A stretch of 62,547 bases of DNA, counting the filler, from Nemertoderma westbladi (lineage: Eukaryota > Animalia > Xenacoelomorpha), in NCBI GenBank assembly GCA_032718475.1. It is 3 parts of 3 records of this genome, joined end to end, with 100 filler letters (N's around TTAATTAATTAA, not from the genome) between each part and the next. Parts side by side here need not be neighbours in the genome. Positions count along the whole stretch, not along the records: positions 1 to 29,743 come from JAUCBJ010003846.1; 2 more parts are not named here. One strand, given 5' to 3'. Made by a program: the position numbers and the translations under genes. Under the pieces are notes generated by a model. That model saw nothing but the letters and a program-made list of their open reading frames with translations. It was not told where the DNA came from and did not search any database. Shown piece after piece: positions 13,314-24,515 of the stretch; position 1 is the first letter of the stretch, and the number at the start of each line of letters is the position of its first letter.

Positions 13314-16051
13314 TGGCAGCAATTAAACGAATGAAGAAGTAGAAGTTTAATTGCTGCCACTATATGTGGGATGTCTCTACATTAAATTGTTTTATAAGGT
13401 TAAGTCGATGCATGTGACGTCGACATGTGGCATGCTTGCAATAGCAAGCATGCCTAGCATAACTTGGAAGGGGAACCAGTCCAACCACACCTCACCTCTA
13501 CTCAAAGGCAGCATTGTAATGAACCAGACTAATAAGCCAGCTTGGTTATTGTGTTTAGCTTACACAAAATGATTGGCCGAGTACATAATCATGATTCTTC
13601 CGTTGATAATTTCGTTGAGGTGTTGACATGATAAATTAATTATCTCAGTATCAATACTATCGGCATAAGGTAAGTTTTAATATTTCTTACAAATTGGGTC
13701 GTCTCCACGCCTAAAATATTTCTGATATTACTTTATTGAGTTTAACATGTTACCTATAACATGAGTTTATTGATTTCCTTGTTGGTTAAGTAAATTAAAT
13801 ATTATGCGATATTTAATTTATTTATTTTTGCTAGAAATTTGTGATGTTTGTATATTTGTGAATAATCGCTTCCAGTTCTATTTTGTGTTACATTAAAAAT
13901 ACATATAACATATTACTTTTAAAACACAAATTGTATGTTAATACCTCTGTCTTTCATCAATCCTGTGTGCGCCTTTGGGTTGGGTTGGTGCAGATTAAGA
14001 GGGAGGTGAAGAGGGAGCTTTTCCCTCTCTTTGATTTATTTGGTTAAATTTCTTAGATACCGAGTTTGTGATACAGTAGAATCGCTCAATATTATTATGT
14101 ATCTTATAACTGAGCCTCGTGCTGCGCGAAGGCCCCACGAACGTGTATAACAGAGTGTATCACAGAGTGTATAACAGAGTGTATCACAGAGTGTCTTAAT
14201 TAGGAGCCCGCTCGACAGGCGGGATACTTACTGTAAAAATCTGCGGGATACTTACTGTAAAAATCTCAGGATATATAACACTGACTGACTGACTGACTGA
14301 TAATTATCAAGGTTCAGGCACTTCCTGCCTGGCGATTTTGTTGAAATTTTAAAAGTAAATTGCTTTGGTGGTTCATAATCGCGTTGCAAAATATCAGATC
14401 GATTCAATGTGTGGTATTCGATATATTTCGTTTTTTGAAATTATTTTGTCGCAAAATTAAAAGCAGTGGTAAAGTAACAACTCCTCCCTGAGCTGCTGCA
14501 GCAGCTAGCTGTGTAGTAATGGTTGAGTGCAGGGCTGCCTGAGATAGAATTCCCCCAAGGCATAATTTCTTGACTACACCCCTTCTGTTGCTGGCTGCTG
14601 GTTGAGTCTACACATCCTTCAGCTCTCAGGGATAGGCAGAAAATAGTTGAGTTGTCAATAAACAAAATAAAATATACCACTGCAGTAGGATTATATTATT
14701 ATTCCACGCATCATTGGGCTGATTATTTTGTATAGGATATATGTAGAAAGTTCTTAAAAATAATATTCTTATTTTTTTTTATTACATAGGATTAACATCA
14801 TTTTTTAGCTGAAGCATTAATAGTGCAAATTAATTTAATTATATTTTAATACCATTACTACATTGGCATACTGTAAGGTAAGTTTTAACATTTCTTACTA
14901 ATAGTGGTGCGAGCATAAAACTCAAATCACGCAAATTTAAAAGAACCGGGTGTGTTGTCATAGCAATGTTTCATTTTTTATTATGTGGGCCGAGCCACAA
15001 AGTCAGCTAGCCCCACGCCTTATAGTTTAGACAATAATTGTTTAGTTTACTTACTGCTGACCGACAACGACAAGGTTTATTTGTAATAGTCTTGTAAATA
15101 GGATTCTTCCCCCGGGCTCCTTCCAGCCAGCTTGCTATATTTATTATATTTTATTGTTAATTACGCATATTGCTACGGAAACTAGGTAAAATTATAATCG
15201 TATAATTTTAAAAAAATGTTCTATAAATGTTGTTTTTTCCTAAAATTATTATTATTATAAGTAACTAAACCGTGTCACCATAATTCTGCCTTTGTATAGC
15301 TGTTTCATAGCTGTTTGGGCTAGTGATTTATGTTCTGGAACATATTTCCGACTCGGTACATGTTTAATTTGTATGGTACCTAGTGTTTACAATGGTAGTT
15401 AGTGTATTCATAACAATGGTACTGTAGCTAGTGTTTTTAAAAATACCAATAAATCGTATTATTATTATGAATATCCATAGTAAATTTGGTTTATCTTTAT
15501 TTATTTATCAGTGAAAAGAGCCTAGTATTGAAAAAAATAAAATAACGTTATTTCTGCAACAATTTATTAAATAGATAATGAAAAAAATACAGTAGTTGCA
15601 CAGATTCGGTCGTCCTTACCTTATGTTAGAGGCAATGAGTGCGGAAACTAAAAAAACAAGGAGAGCTACTTGTAACAAGTACGAAAAATAGAAAAGAAGG
15701 TCTCACCACTCATTTCCAGTATAGACCCCACAGAACTATACTCCTTACAGGCAAAGAGATAACTGGTAGGCCTACTCATTTAACGACCATTTAAGTAATA
15801 AAGCAAATATGCGCGCGCCCTGTTTGGTTAGTCCCTTAGCATTTGTGCCAAAACGAAATCTATCCTGGCCCGCCTGCAGGGGTAGAAACCCACGACCTCT
15901 GGAGCGATATTAATTCCATGAAATGTATTTAAATGCTACGCAAGGCTTGAAAAAATAATTGAATACGCGTGTTTGTATTAGAACACGATCTTTAAAAATA
16001 CAAAGTATGCTCTCATGTTGTTCGTTCATTATGCTCAAATTAACAATAAAC

Positions 16052-16285
16052 ACAATATTGCAATGTTCTAGAGTTAATATACGGAAATAAAAACCTTCAG
16101 CGAATAAAACTGTAATAAATCACTTCTGCCTTATCCTTCAGCAAATTAACCTAATATAATAACCTCGGCCTGCGGCCTCGGTAATTATACAGGTTAATTT
16201 GCTTCTGGAACGGCATCAGTGATTATTCAGTTTTATTCGCTTCAGGTTATTATTTCCGTATAACTCTAGAACATTGCAATATTGT
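16052..16285. mobile_element. ~234-bp palindromic (hairpin) MITE-like element
   Basis: Ends ACAATATTGCAATGTTCTAGAGTTA and TAACTCTAGAACATTGCAATATTGT; arms pair imperfectly to a central CCTCGGCCTGCGGCCTCGG. Confidence 0.75.
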
Positions 16286-16966
16286 ATGTATAATTTGAAT
16301 GATTTATTATAATGACAGAGTTAAATTAACTACTTATTGAAGATCGAGAAAGTTCTCCATAGCAACAACCCATGGCGCCAGGTATGGTCATTGATTACCC
16401 CACATCTATTCCCGTAAAACTCAATCAATGTTTAATATAAATAAATAAATTATAAATTAATAATTAAGTGTCATAAACTTCTCCATAGCCTACTACTACT
16501 ACCTTAAGCTCCCAATGTCACATGTAAATTATATATAATCGTAATAAAAGTTCCTGTACATTCAGCTTTATTGATATTTTTTACATAAATTATTTATAAA
16601 TGTCATAGGAGTGGAGACAGGTGGGAAACTTGACGCAAATCCCATCTCGGCGAATTAATATTTCGCCTCAATGTTAAATTACTACCTTTGTGAAAGGGGC
16701 AGGTTACAGTAGCACGTTATTCTAACCAAAACAATAAACGAAAATCAATTATACAGGTTGCAGTTTTATATTTTTTGGATTAACAAGCTTCTATCTGCGT
16801 CGATTTTACCCTGGAGAAAGATGAACTTTGAATTCGTCGAAAGTTCCCCTACCTGCGGGAGTGAGTTATCGAGTACCAGTTCGATAGGTTGCTTTGATTT
16901 GGATTAGTGTTTTGTGTTGCCCTAAATAGGAAACAAAAGTTGTTGAGTTGTTTTGTTGTTCGAGTG

Positions 16967-17290
16967 ATGGGCGAGCCACGAAGTAAGTGAAGCCTTAGCA
17001 TAGGGGTACCATTAACGAGTTGTCTGTCTCTCAGTTGGTAACGGTAGTTTCAGACTATAGATAAAACCGAAATAAGTCGGCCAATCATTGATGAAACTAA
17101 ACCAAACTTGGTAAACATGTGGTTGTCAAAGGTTTCGAAATTGTATACACAGACAGACTTCTATAGTTCCTCTGTAGGCCGCTAGGGGGCGAATTGACAG
17201 AAACGTAAAAGTAGCTGTAATTATCGAACCAACCATGGCATTCTTCTGAAACTTCGTCAGAGCATTGCTCGGATTACAGCTTTACAGTGT
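16967..17290 (-). mobile_element. HINE/Helentron-like non-autonomous element fragment
   Basis: Terminal GGGCGAGCCACGAAG..GCCTTAGC stem-loop is shared with 23014-23047 and 31580-31617. Body is a reverse-complement homologue of 31325-31410. One GCCGCTAGGGGGCG motif at ~17178. Confidence 0.5.
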
Positions 17291-17344
17291 TAACCTTTCT
17301 CGGTTAGACGAATGACGTGCTGCGCGAAGGCCCCACGAACGTGT

Positions 17345-18300
17345 CCAGTCTGCATTCGGTGCTCTTGAATATCCACTGCCACTGCTCTAAGGGAAAGCTT
17401 ATCTGCAAGAAAGTCCAGCTCACCTTGACGCATTGGGGACCCGAGTGTTAGGGTGCTAACTGAGGCTAGTCTAGTGACTTGCCTCAGGTTCACCAATGGC
17501 TTTGTTGGTCGGGGTGGAACATGAGAGTAGCATCCAACTCCAGAATCCCTCTCCCCCTCACAATCTGGCCTCCCTGGTGACCCAGGGTTTGGGCCAGAAA
17601 GGTCATCAGGAAAGGGACTCAAAGATTCGTTTGCCGCTCTCTCTCCAGTAGGGGGTGAGACAGGCAGCCGGTCAGGAGATAACTGACGCCTGTGAGGCCG
17701 ATTGTGTCCAGTCATTCCACTGACCTCTAGTGGTTGGACCTCCGCATTACTAATGTAATCCATGGTGGGGGTTGGGGGTTCTTTTTCGCCGAGTCAGCTC
17801 TCGGGGCAAATACCACACCCTGGTTTGCCATTCCACAGGGTGTGTGTCGCAGTGGAATCAGATATGAGGCCCATCACCCATATCTACTCTGATTCACATA
17901 ACCCACCATCGGCTGTGCAGCTCATCTGCTGGGCCATGTCCTGTACCCCTGCTGCCAGGTGCAGGTTGCCGTGAAGTGCATTCAATTAATTGGACATTGG
18001 GGGGAACCGATGTCGTTGGTGGTGCTGTGGGTACCGATGTCGTTGGGGGTGCTGGGGGTACCGATGTTGTTGGGGGTGCTGGGGGTAGAACACTCTACAG
18101 TACTTCTGACCTTCAATTTGTAGATCACCATCTGCCTGATCAGGTTATATACCCCACAACCCCAGCAGCCGAGTATATGGATCCCTAATCCAGGACCAAG
18201 GGCGTCCCTATCCCAGAACGAAGTTTTTATAGTTACGACTTTCTAGTTACAGGACCAGATTAACCTTTATTAAGAGCGTCTATGCAGCCAAAGGTGGCAC
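17345..18300. other. GC-rich degenerate coding-like island (possible retroelement relic) with 27-bp repeats at ~18000-18087
   Basis: GC step relative to flanks. The minus strand reads PPAPPTTSV x3 but is bounded by stops, and no domain is recognisable. Confidence 0.25.
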
Positions 18301-18467
18301 CTCCTTTATGCTGCATGGAGGGGAGGTGGCAAGTTTTCTTGATCAATGACCTAGAATACCTGACCTAACCTTAACCTGACAGCGTGATATTTGAAATATG
18401 AATTTTAAATTTCACGGAATTATAAAAAAACCTCAGATCAATTATAAATAGTATTTTTTTTCTTCTA

Positions 18468-19375
18468 TCCATGTCCCAGAATATAGTGTCGTAATTCAGT
18501 GACACGCCCCCCCCCCCCTAATTTTTTTACAAATCGTGATGAGATTGCATGAAATTTGAAACAGAGATAGTTTCACCTCCCGACCACTGACTGGGTGAGC
18601 CAGAATTTTTATTTTTGCTTTCAATCTTTAGCTACAAGCGTTTAAAAAATGTGTCTCCAGCGATATTACACCAGTTACACCGCAGTTATTCTTCTACCTT
18701 ATAGCTGTTTGTTAATATTGGAGGAAAGCGGGCCCTGCAAGGATTCTAAATATGTAACACAATTTGAATTTCGTTGAAAAATAGCTGAGCTATGAGCGTT
18801 CAAATGTTGCATTGTTTTGCACCGGCGTGAGGCTATTTTATTTATTTAATAAATGCATCATATTCTGGAATTTTTTGTCTATCCAAATACGTAGCTGGGC
18901 ATACATCTTTAATCTTACTATTACGTAGCTACTCATACATCATACATTTAAAAAATGTTCCAGAATATGGTTTATTTATTAAATAGAATACAATAGCCTC
19001 GCGCCGGTGCAAAACCAGGCAACATTTGAACGCTCATATCTCAGCTATTTTTCAACGAAATTCAAATTGTGTTACATATTTGGAATCCTTGCATGACCAG
19101 CTTTCCATTGGTACCAACAAACAACTATAAGATAGAAGAATAACTGCGGTGTAACTGGTGTAATATCGCTGGAGACACTTTTTTTAAACGCTTGTAGCTA
19201 AAGATTGAAAGCAAAAATAAAAATTCTGGCTCACCCAGTCCAGTGGTCGGGAGGTGAAACTATCTCTGTTTCAAATTTAATGCAATCTCATTACGATTTG
19301 TAGAAAAATTAGGGGGGGGGGGGGGGGGGGGGGGGTGTGTCACTGAATTACGACACTATATTCTGGGACATGGTG
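18468..19375. mobile_element. Foldback MITE family A, copy 1
   Basis: CCATGTCCCAGAATATAGTGTCGTAATTCAGTGACAC-polyC at left and its reverse complement at right, followed by TA. Arms of ~430 bp pair almost end to end. Confidence 0.9.
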
Positions 19376-19909
19376 TATTTGTAGTGGAAACGCAAAATTT
19401 GGCCTAAAAAGTATTATGTATCAATTTTTATTTTTAAATTGCTTATTAAAAAACACTAGCTATAACAAACTTCTACTTAATATTTGAAGTAGGCCCTAAT
19501 ATGTAATAATTAACTCAAAGTACTGTACATGTAGATACTGAGATATCATAAAAAAATTGGTAGATACTGTACTAATGTTTATGTATAACTAAACTATATA
19601 TTTACAAATTACAAATAAACCTCGTTTACAAATAAAATTTGTAAAATAAAAAAATTTAGAACAAGAAATTTGTTCAATTTGAAACAAAAGGAAAACTGGA
19701 AATTAATTTTCTGAGGCGCCAATCCTGGTAAGGCCTCCCACTATATGATTGTCATGATTGTATTCCTAGCAACTTATTGATTCGCCCACATTGTATTAGC
19801 ACCTGGAGTCCCCCCCGTCTCTGTTATATACCTAACCGCCGCGTTTTCAATGATATCGAACGGCCGATAGAGAAACAGTAGACTATAGAGGAACAGTAGA
19901 CGACAGACG

Positions 19910-20521
19910 ATGTCTCGACAGCGATGTATATGTCCGTGTAGCTCTCCCAGAAGCGTCAGTGCGAATAATTCCCCGCGAACCCAGAAACGACCCGATCATC
20001 TCACAATCGGGCGGGGGCCGCGTTTCTGGATGAAAGACACGAGCCGGAGACAGTCGGCGGTGGAGATAATCGAGCGCCGAACCAATCGGTTCCCGCCGGC
20101 GGTGTTACCGCGAAACTGCGGCTCAGAATTCGCGGACGTAGGAATCCATCATCAGATACGCGACACGGAGCACCACAACCCTTCCTTCTGGCTGTCGCCT
20201 CTAGGATACAGGAACGGATGGACCTTGGGAAAAAAGCAAGGCAGAGAACCGCCCCTATCCGCCAAACCTCCGGACAAAAGAACGCTGCCAACCGTGACAA
20301 AGAGAAAGAGCTCCCCCACTGGGATACAAGACAGTCTGGATCTAGAACCTCCAATTAGGTATCACAAGAGGAGGATTCTAATTAAGTGTCTGTTTATTTT
20401 TTGCGTGTTGTTAGCTATTGGGACAGCAGCCGGTCTAATGTCGGGGATCATTACACCTACAACGTGGATGTTCGTTCTGTACGGTAGCATACTACAGTGT
20501 ATACCAAACATACCTTGGTGA
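19910..20521 (+). CDS. Hypothetical 203-aa protein, basic/disordered N-terminus and C-terminal hydrophobic (TM) segment
   Basis: ATG-started ORF coinciding with a GC-rich island; KRR followed by ILIKCLFIFCVLLAIGTAAGLMSGII. No recognised domain. Confidence 0.45.
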   Translation: MSRQRCICPCSSPRSVSANNSPRTQKRPDHLTIGRGPRFWMKDTSRRQSAVEIIERRTNRFPPAVLPRNCGSEFADVGIHHQIRDTEHHNPSFWLSPLGYRNGWTLGKKQGREPPLSAKPPDKRTLPTVTKRKSSPTGIQDSLDLEPPIRYHKRRILIKCLFIFCVLLAIGTAAGLMSGIITPTTWMFVLYGSILQCIPNIPW

Positions 20522-20818
20522 TTAACTCTTCAAAATCGCTTACCGTATCGACTTTTGTTTTCAATAAAAAGTCAGTAAATCTGTGTGAGGCCATTAACAA
20601 ACACGCATTTTTTGCTGTATTAGTATTACTCAATTTCAGTTCTATCGAATGATCCATATTTTTTACAATTCAAAATATGAAAACTGGGAGACGCGAACAT
20701 TATTAATTAATAAATTTGGCAATAAGTAGGATCTTTCTCTCAAGTAGCTAGTTTATCAAATTTTCGACAGTTCGATTATTTGATTATCATTCTGGAATCC
20801 GAATATTATCTTCACTAA

Positions 20819-21127
20819 TATTATAACTTTTTTGTTGGGCACAGCTTTTGCAAATCTTCGGCAATGACGTCCAGGTGGGTGGGACCGAACTGGTGATCTC
20901 TGGGTTGGAAGTCTGAGGCTCTAACCATTCAGCTGGTGGCTCAGGTAAAAGATAGACCTGGAAAATCGGAAATAATATTTGATACTGTACCTTGTATGTT
21001 TGCCATTTACCTCCTCATGGCCTCTCATCTGTCAACTCCATCATATTATGTGCTCAACCCTACAGTACTTGGCCGTCTTTAACCACTCGCTACATCAAAA
21101 GCTGTGTCCAACAAAAAAGTTATAATA
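20819..21127. mobile_element. ~310-bp TIR element containing tRNA-derived sequence
   Basis: TIRs TATTATAACTTTTTTGTTGGGCACAGCTTTTG and CAAAAGCTGTGTCCAACAAAAAAGTTATAATA. Minus-strand AGCTGAATGGTTAGAGC...AGTTCGGTCCC (A/B-box-like) at 20866-20941. Confidence 0.7.
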
Positions 21128-21789
21128 ACGAACCTGCCTATTAATAGGCCAGGGTAGTTCTTGTCAAGAGTTGAGCCGTTCAAAAACACGATGTGGTTGT
21201 GTGTGTGTGTATATATATGTATAACCATCTTAAAAACTCAAGCAGGTACGCAAAAATTTTAATAACAAACTCTCCATAAATTTTGGTTGCGCACAAGACT
21301 GTATATTTTTTGTGGCGTTTCGATCAAGGGTACCTGAAAAATAGCGGTTTTGCAAATTTAAAGTCGAATTTCACCGATTTCAACTCGTCGAGTATGCACC
21401 AACTTTTTTATTTGAGATATTCAGTCATCTGAGCAACATATTTGAATATCAAATATGCGCCAAAATTTGTTAGTCCGGCAAAAAAAAACGCACAAATTCG
21501 TCTAAAAGAGTAAATTATTTAGTTGCGGAATAATATGATTCAACTAGAAAAGCCAGCCAGCTGGCTGTAAGGAGACCCTCCATAGACAAACGTAGTGTTA
21601 GTTGGGTCCCTTCTCATTCATTATCATCAACTCCCTCCCACCTAACATAGCAGTGAGTAACCTTATAGATTATTGTCATATGATTCACTGGGAAGAGCTA
21701 TTCATCTGGTGGGGTAATACATTATACACGAAGTGGGGCCTTCGCGCAGCACGTGACTTAAATTTAATTTAAGTACTAATTCGAAAGTA

Positions 21790-23047
21790 TTACTGTATTA
21801 GCAAATTTTAAGCAGATTTCGCCTAATCACTTTTTACCTCTTTCATTTCTATTCAGACATTTCTGACTCTAGCGGTATAGTGAGAACTGAAGATGGATTA
21901 GGGTCTCCAGCCCCACAAAGACACAGCCTATGGATGAATAGTACATACGTACATCGGCCAAGTTTCATCTTGAATAACGGATAACGAAATGAGAGACGGA
22001 TCTCACTTTCAGAAATTTCGTCGTATAGCGGCAGACCGATTAAATCTCCCCCCCCCCCCCCCCCCCCCACAAAGACGCAGCATGTGGTCCAGAATATATG
22101 GCAAGATTCAGCTTAAACTGATTAAAATCAATGAGACGGGAGAATCTATTCACTTTCAGGCATAAAGTAGTCCTATAGCGGGTGACTGTTGAACTGATTT
22201 TCAACAAAACAAATTTTCAACTTGGCAGCTTTAAATTCGACAAAGTTATAAGCATGTCAATATCATAACGACGACAACGATTTCACTTTCAGACATTTGG
22301 CCCTCTAGCGGCAGACTGGAGAACTGCAGATGGATTCGCCTCCTTTGAAAGTCACAGCTAATGGTCTAATACATATCTGCCAAGTTTCAGCTTAAACGGA
22401 TTAAAAGCAAAGAAATGGGAGGGCATTTAATGTTTAGACATGTGGCCCTCTAGCGGGAGACCATTGCACTGATGGTGTCTGAAAGTCTCTCAAAAATCTC
22501 AACTTTAGCTCATATTGATACCTACAAATTTTCAACTTGGCAGCTTTAAATCCGACAAAGTTATTAGCATGTCAAAATCGTAACGACGACAACGATTTCA
22601 CTTTCAGACCTTTGGCCCTCTAGCGGCAGACTGGAGAACTGCAGATGGATTCGCCTCCTTTGAAAGTCACAGCTAATGGTCTAATACATATCTGCCAAGT
22701 TTCAGCTTAAACGGATTAAAAGCAAAGAAATGGGAGGGCATTTAATGTTTAGACATGTGGCCCTCTAGCGGGAGACCATTGCACTGATGGTGTCTGAAAG
22801 TCTCTCAAAAATCTCAACTTTTGCTCATATTGATACCTACAAATTTTCAACTTGGCAGCTTTAAATCCGACAAAGTTATTAGCATGTCAAAATCGTAACG
22901 ACGACGACGACGACGACGACAACGACGACGACGACACGACGACGACGACACGACGACGACGACGACGACAACTATTTGCATAAATTTACCCACCCCCTAA
23001 CAGTGTCAATTCGCTAAGGCTCCGCCAACTTCGTGGCTCGCCCCACA
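21790..23047 (+). mobile_element. HINE/Helentron-like element with internal 145/170-bp tandem repeats, (GAC)n microsatellite and terminal stem-loop
   Basis: 315-bp dimeric repeat (GGCCCTCTAGCGG at 22299, 22444, 22614, 22759), (ACG)n at ~22898-22970, then GGCTCCGCCAACTTCGTGGCTCGCCCCACA. Left boundary approximate. Confidence 0.65.
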
Positions 23048-23479
23048 AACTTACAGTTGATATTTGATTACTGTCTGGGTTAGAGTGAGATAGTAATAAA
23101 TTTGGCAAGTAAAATACTTCTCTGCAGTTTGGGCTATCCATTAAATAAATAGTAGTAGCTTACTAGGCCCACATGAGTACCCCACATGAGCAGCTGGAGT
23201 TTCTATCGTTGAGTTGATGGCAATTATCGTGTTTTTATTTTCGCTCACTCATGGTACTGGTTTGAGGGGCAGGTTCGTTTAAAGCCAGCTTGCTGGCTTT
23301 CTAGTAATATGAAACCATTCATTGACCCATAACACCAATAAAAAATCGTCACTGACGAGTATATAGCTAAGTGTAGTAGCTATAATATAGTAGATAGTAA
23401 GTAGCCTTAGTGTACTGACACTGAGCTAAGAGGGGTGGGGGGGGGTCAATATTTGCAAATATAGCCTAGTAATTGTTGT

Positions 23480-24065
23480 TTTGATTGTGACATGCTAATA
23501 ACAGCTCGGATTTAGAACTGTCGAGTTGAAAATGTACATGATCAAAAGGACCTAAAGTTGTTATTTTTATGAGGCTTTCAGGCGCAATCAGTTCAATAGA
23601 CTTCCGCCAGAGGACTATATGTCCTCCCATTTCTTTGCTTTTAATTGATAGAAGCTGAAACGTGGCCAATATGTACTATACCATCACATGTATCTTTCAA
23701 AGGAGGCAAATCTGTCTACTGTAGGCCTACAGTACAAGTCTCCAGTGTGCCGCTAGCGGACCGAGGGCGAAATGTAAGAAGATAAATACTTATACAGTAC
23801 CACTTCGTTAATTATGGGGCGTTCAAGCTGAAAATTGTCAGTTATGTACTAGAACACATCTTGCGTCTTTGTGGGGGCAGTAATCGACATGCAGTTATTC
23901 TGTCTGCCGCTAGAGGGCAAACTGTCTGAAAATGATAATTTTCTCCAGTTTGTTTAATCCATTTTAACCTGTTTATGACGAATCTTGGAATATATGTATT
24001 ATACCACATGTTGCATTTTAGGTAGGAAGGTGATAGGTCTGCAGTTCAACAGTCTGCCGCTAGAC
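23480..24065. repeat. Degenerate ~150-bp tandem repeats of the CCGCTAGAGGGC family
   Basis: GCCGCTAG cores at ~23749, ~23907 and ~24056, with unit homology to the 22.3-kb and 48-51-kb arrays. Confidence 0.65.
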
Positions 24066-24239
24066 TACGTGGTTTGTTTACTATAGCTGAAAGAAGTGAG
24101 TTTCCTAGCAATCTTTGAACAAAGTGAAAATGCTAAAATAACAATGAAGGTGACAGAGAACCCAGATTTCGGAGTGGAGCTTACATGTGCTTGAAGTAAC
24201 AGAAACTAAAAATAATTAATTATACAATAATTTATTTAC

Positions 24240-24515
24240 CTTGTCGAGAAATTCCTGAAACTGTTCGAAGGAATCAACAAACTCCTGAAACTGTTTATCA
24301 GCTTTAATTTTATCTCGCTCGCCTTTTCCAAGCTTCTTTTTCTTTCCGTGTTTTCCCTTTTTCCCTTTTTTTCCTTTCCCCTTTTTGGACTTTTTCCCTG
24401 TCTTTGAGTCGCTGGCTATTCCTTCATTATCCTCAACCTTATTGCTAGTATCTTCTGATTGTTTTTCTATAACGTCTACATTAAGCTTGCTATCGGCATT
24501 ATCATGTTTTTCCAT
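24240..24515 (-). CDS. Probable first coding exon of an unidentified gene (Lys/Gly-rich tract then acidic helix)
   Basis: ATG at 24515; KKSKKGKGKKGKKGKHGKKKK...DKQFQEFVDSFEQFQEFLDK ends at a good donor AAG|GTAAAT (24240/24239). Downstream exons not found. Confidence 0.5.

Noticed and set aside
20866-20941. Functional tRNA-Gly(TCC) gene
   Set aside because: Anticodon and acceptor stems do not pair; treated as a tRNA-derived repeat.
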